From assembly GCA_965213685.1 (NCBI GenBank), contig CBDBZY010000041.1:480001-544000 (forward strand): a stretch of 64,000 nucleotides of DNA, written 5' to 3'. The first letter of the stretch is position 1. Each line of letters begins with the position of its first letter. Positions 63,445-64,000 of the stretch are shown here, one piece after another. Under the pieces are notes generated by a model. That model was not told where the DNA came from. It searched no databases and saw only the letters and a program-made list of their open reading frames with translations. The position numbers were made by a program, and so were the translations under genes. This DNA is from a bacterium. Its GTDB lineage: Bacteria > UBA8248.

Positions 63445-64000
63445 ATACTACACTAGTCAGATAACATTGATATTCAAACGTTTCGGTAGCCATACGGCCA
63501 CCATCATCAGTGAAAACTGAAACACAGAACAAAACACTCACATGATATAGGCTATGAACTGGAGGCATAGGGACAAGATTGGAACGTGCCGAACAATGAC
63601 CAACTATAGTCAAAGAACAATGCAGACATAGACAGACAACCCAGGTCAGCACTTGGAATCCACTAGGTCATCATACATTGGTGGTAGATTGCCTGTGTCT
63701 CTGCTCAGTGTGTGGTCGGTGAATCAAATGTGGATGGCCTCCTGGATCAATCTAGAGTGGTAATCTGGGCAGCTAGAGAGAACACAGGTGTTCTCCCAGT
63801 CAACAGGGTGGCTGGCAGTCCACGCATGCTCAGCCAGGGCAGAAGAATTAAAATCAGCTGTTCTGACGGCTCTCTTATGCTCAGACAAACGTTTGCATAG
63901 TCGACGTCCAGTCTGTCCGATGTAGACCATTGGACAGTTGCCACAGGGGCTCTTGTAGACGACACCCGATATCTGGAGCTCAGGCACCCTGTCCTTTGGT
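63445..64000 (-). mobile_element. 3' end of a Penelope-like retroelement (GIY-YIG endonuclease), running off the window
   Basis: GVVYKSPCGNC...YIGQTGRRLCKRLSEH...SALAEHAW...HPVDW...RLIQEAIHI, with a premature stop. Confidence 0.9.
63473..63514 (-). ncRNA. Minimal type I hammerhead ribozyme of the Penelope element
   Basis: TTCA-CTGATGA-T-GGTGGCC-GTAT-GGCTACC-GAAACGTT-TGAA: CUGAUGA and GAAA cores, a stem II, and a palindromic ACGT stem III. Confidence 0.8.

Overview
Eukaryotic (animal) genomic DNA, probably a demosponge. This is inferred from short GT-AG introns, TACATGTA-rich introns, sponge-type kinase-Kelch genes and the TE families present. The window is a transposon-dense, segmentally duplicated region. 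The main find is a 13.75-kb DNA transposon (9537-23286) with a 4-bp CTAA target duplication and imperfect TIRs starting AACACAGTGGAAA. It holds two intact, divergently transcribed multi-exon genes. One is a ~847-aa DUF7869/Sola-like DDD transposase (- strand). The other is a ~748-aa protein (+ strand) joining a ParB/Srx-like domain to a permuted (beta-class) amino-DNA-methyltransferase-like domain with a degenerate catalytic motif. Both ends carry inverted arrays of 42-43-bp units, each built around an 18-bp palindrome (GGACYCAA-NN-TTGRGTYC); the left array has expanded into a 385-bp higher-order repeat. The element sits inside a HIRAN-carrying pogo/Tigger element (7990-23561, TA TSD, paralogous empty site at ~26446) and itself hosts two intronic MITEs. 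The rest of the window has one intact TKL kinase-coiled-coil-Kelch gene and three orphan Kelch exons, a truncated CTR9 pseudogene, and three copies of a P2X-receptor-like last exon. It also has a decayed CRE-like LINE, a pogo-PHD element, a Penelope 3' end with a hammerhead ribozyme, many MITEs/SINEs and long purine/pyrimidine tracts. Gene models were spliced by hand and family names come from motif recognition, not database searches.
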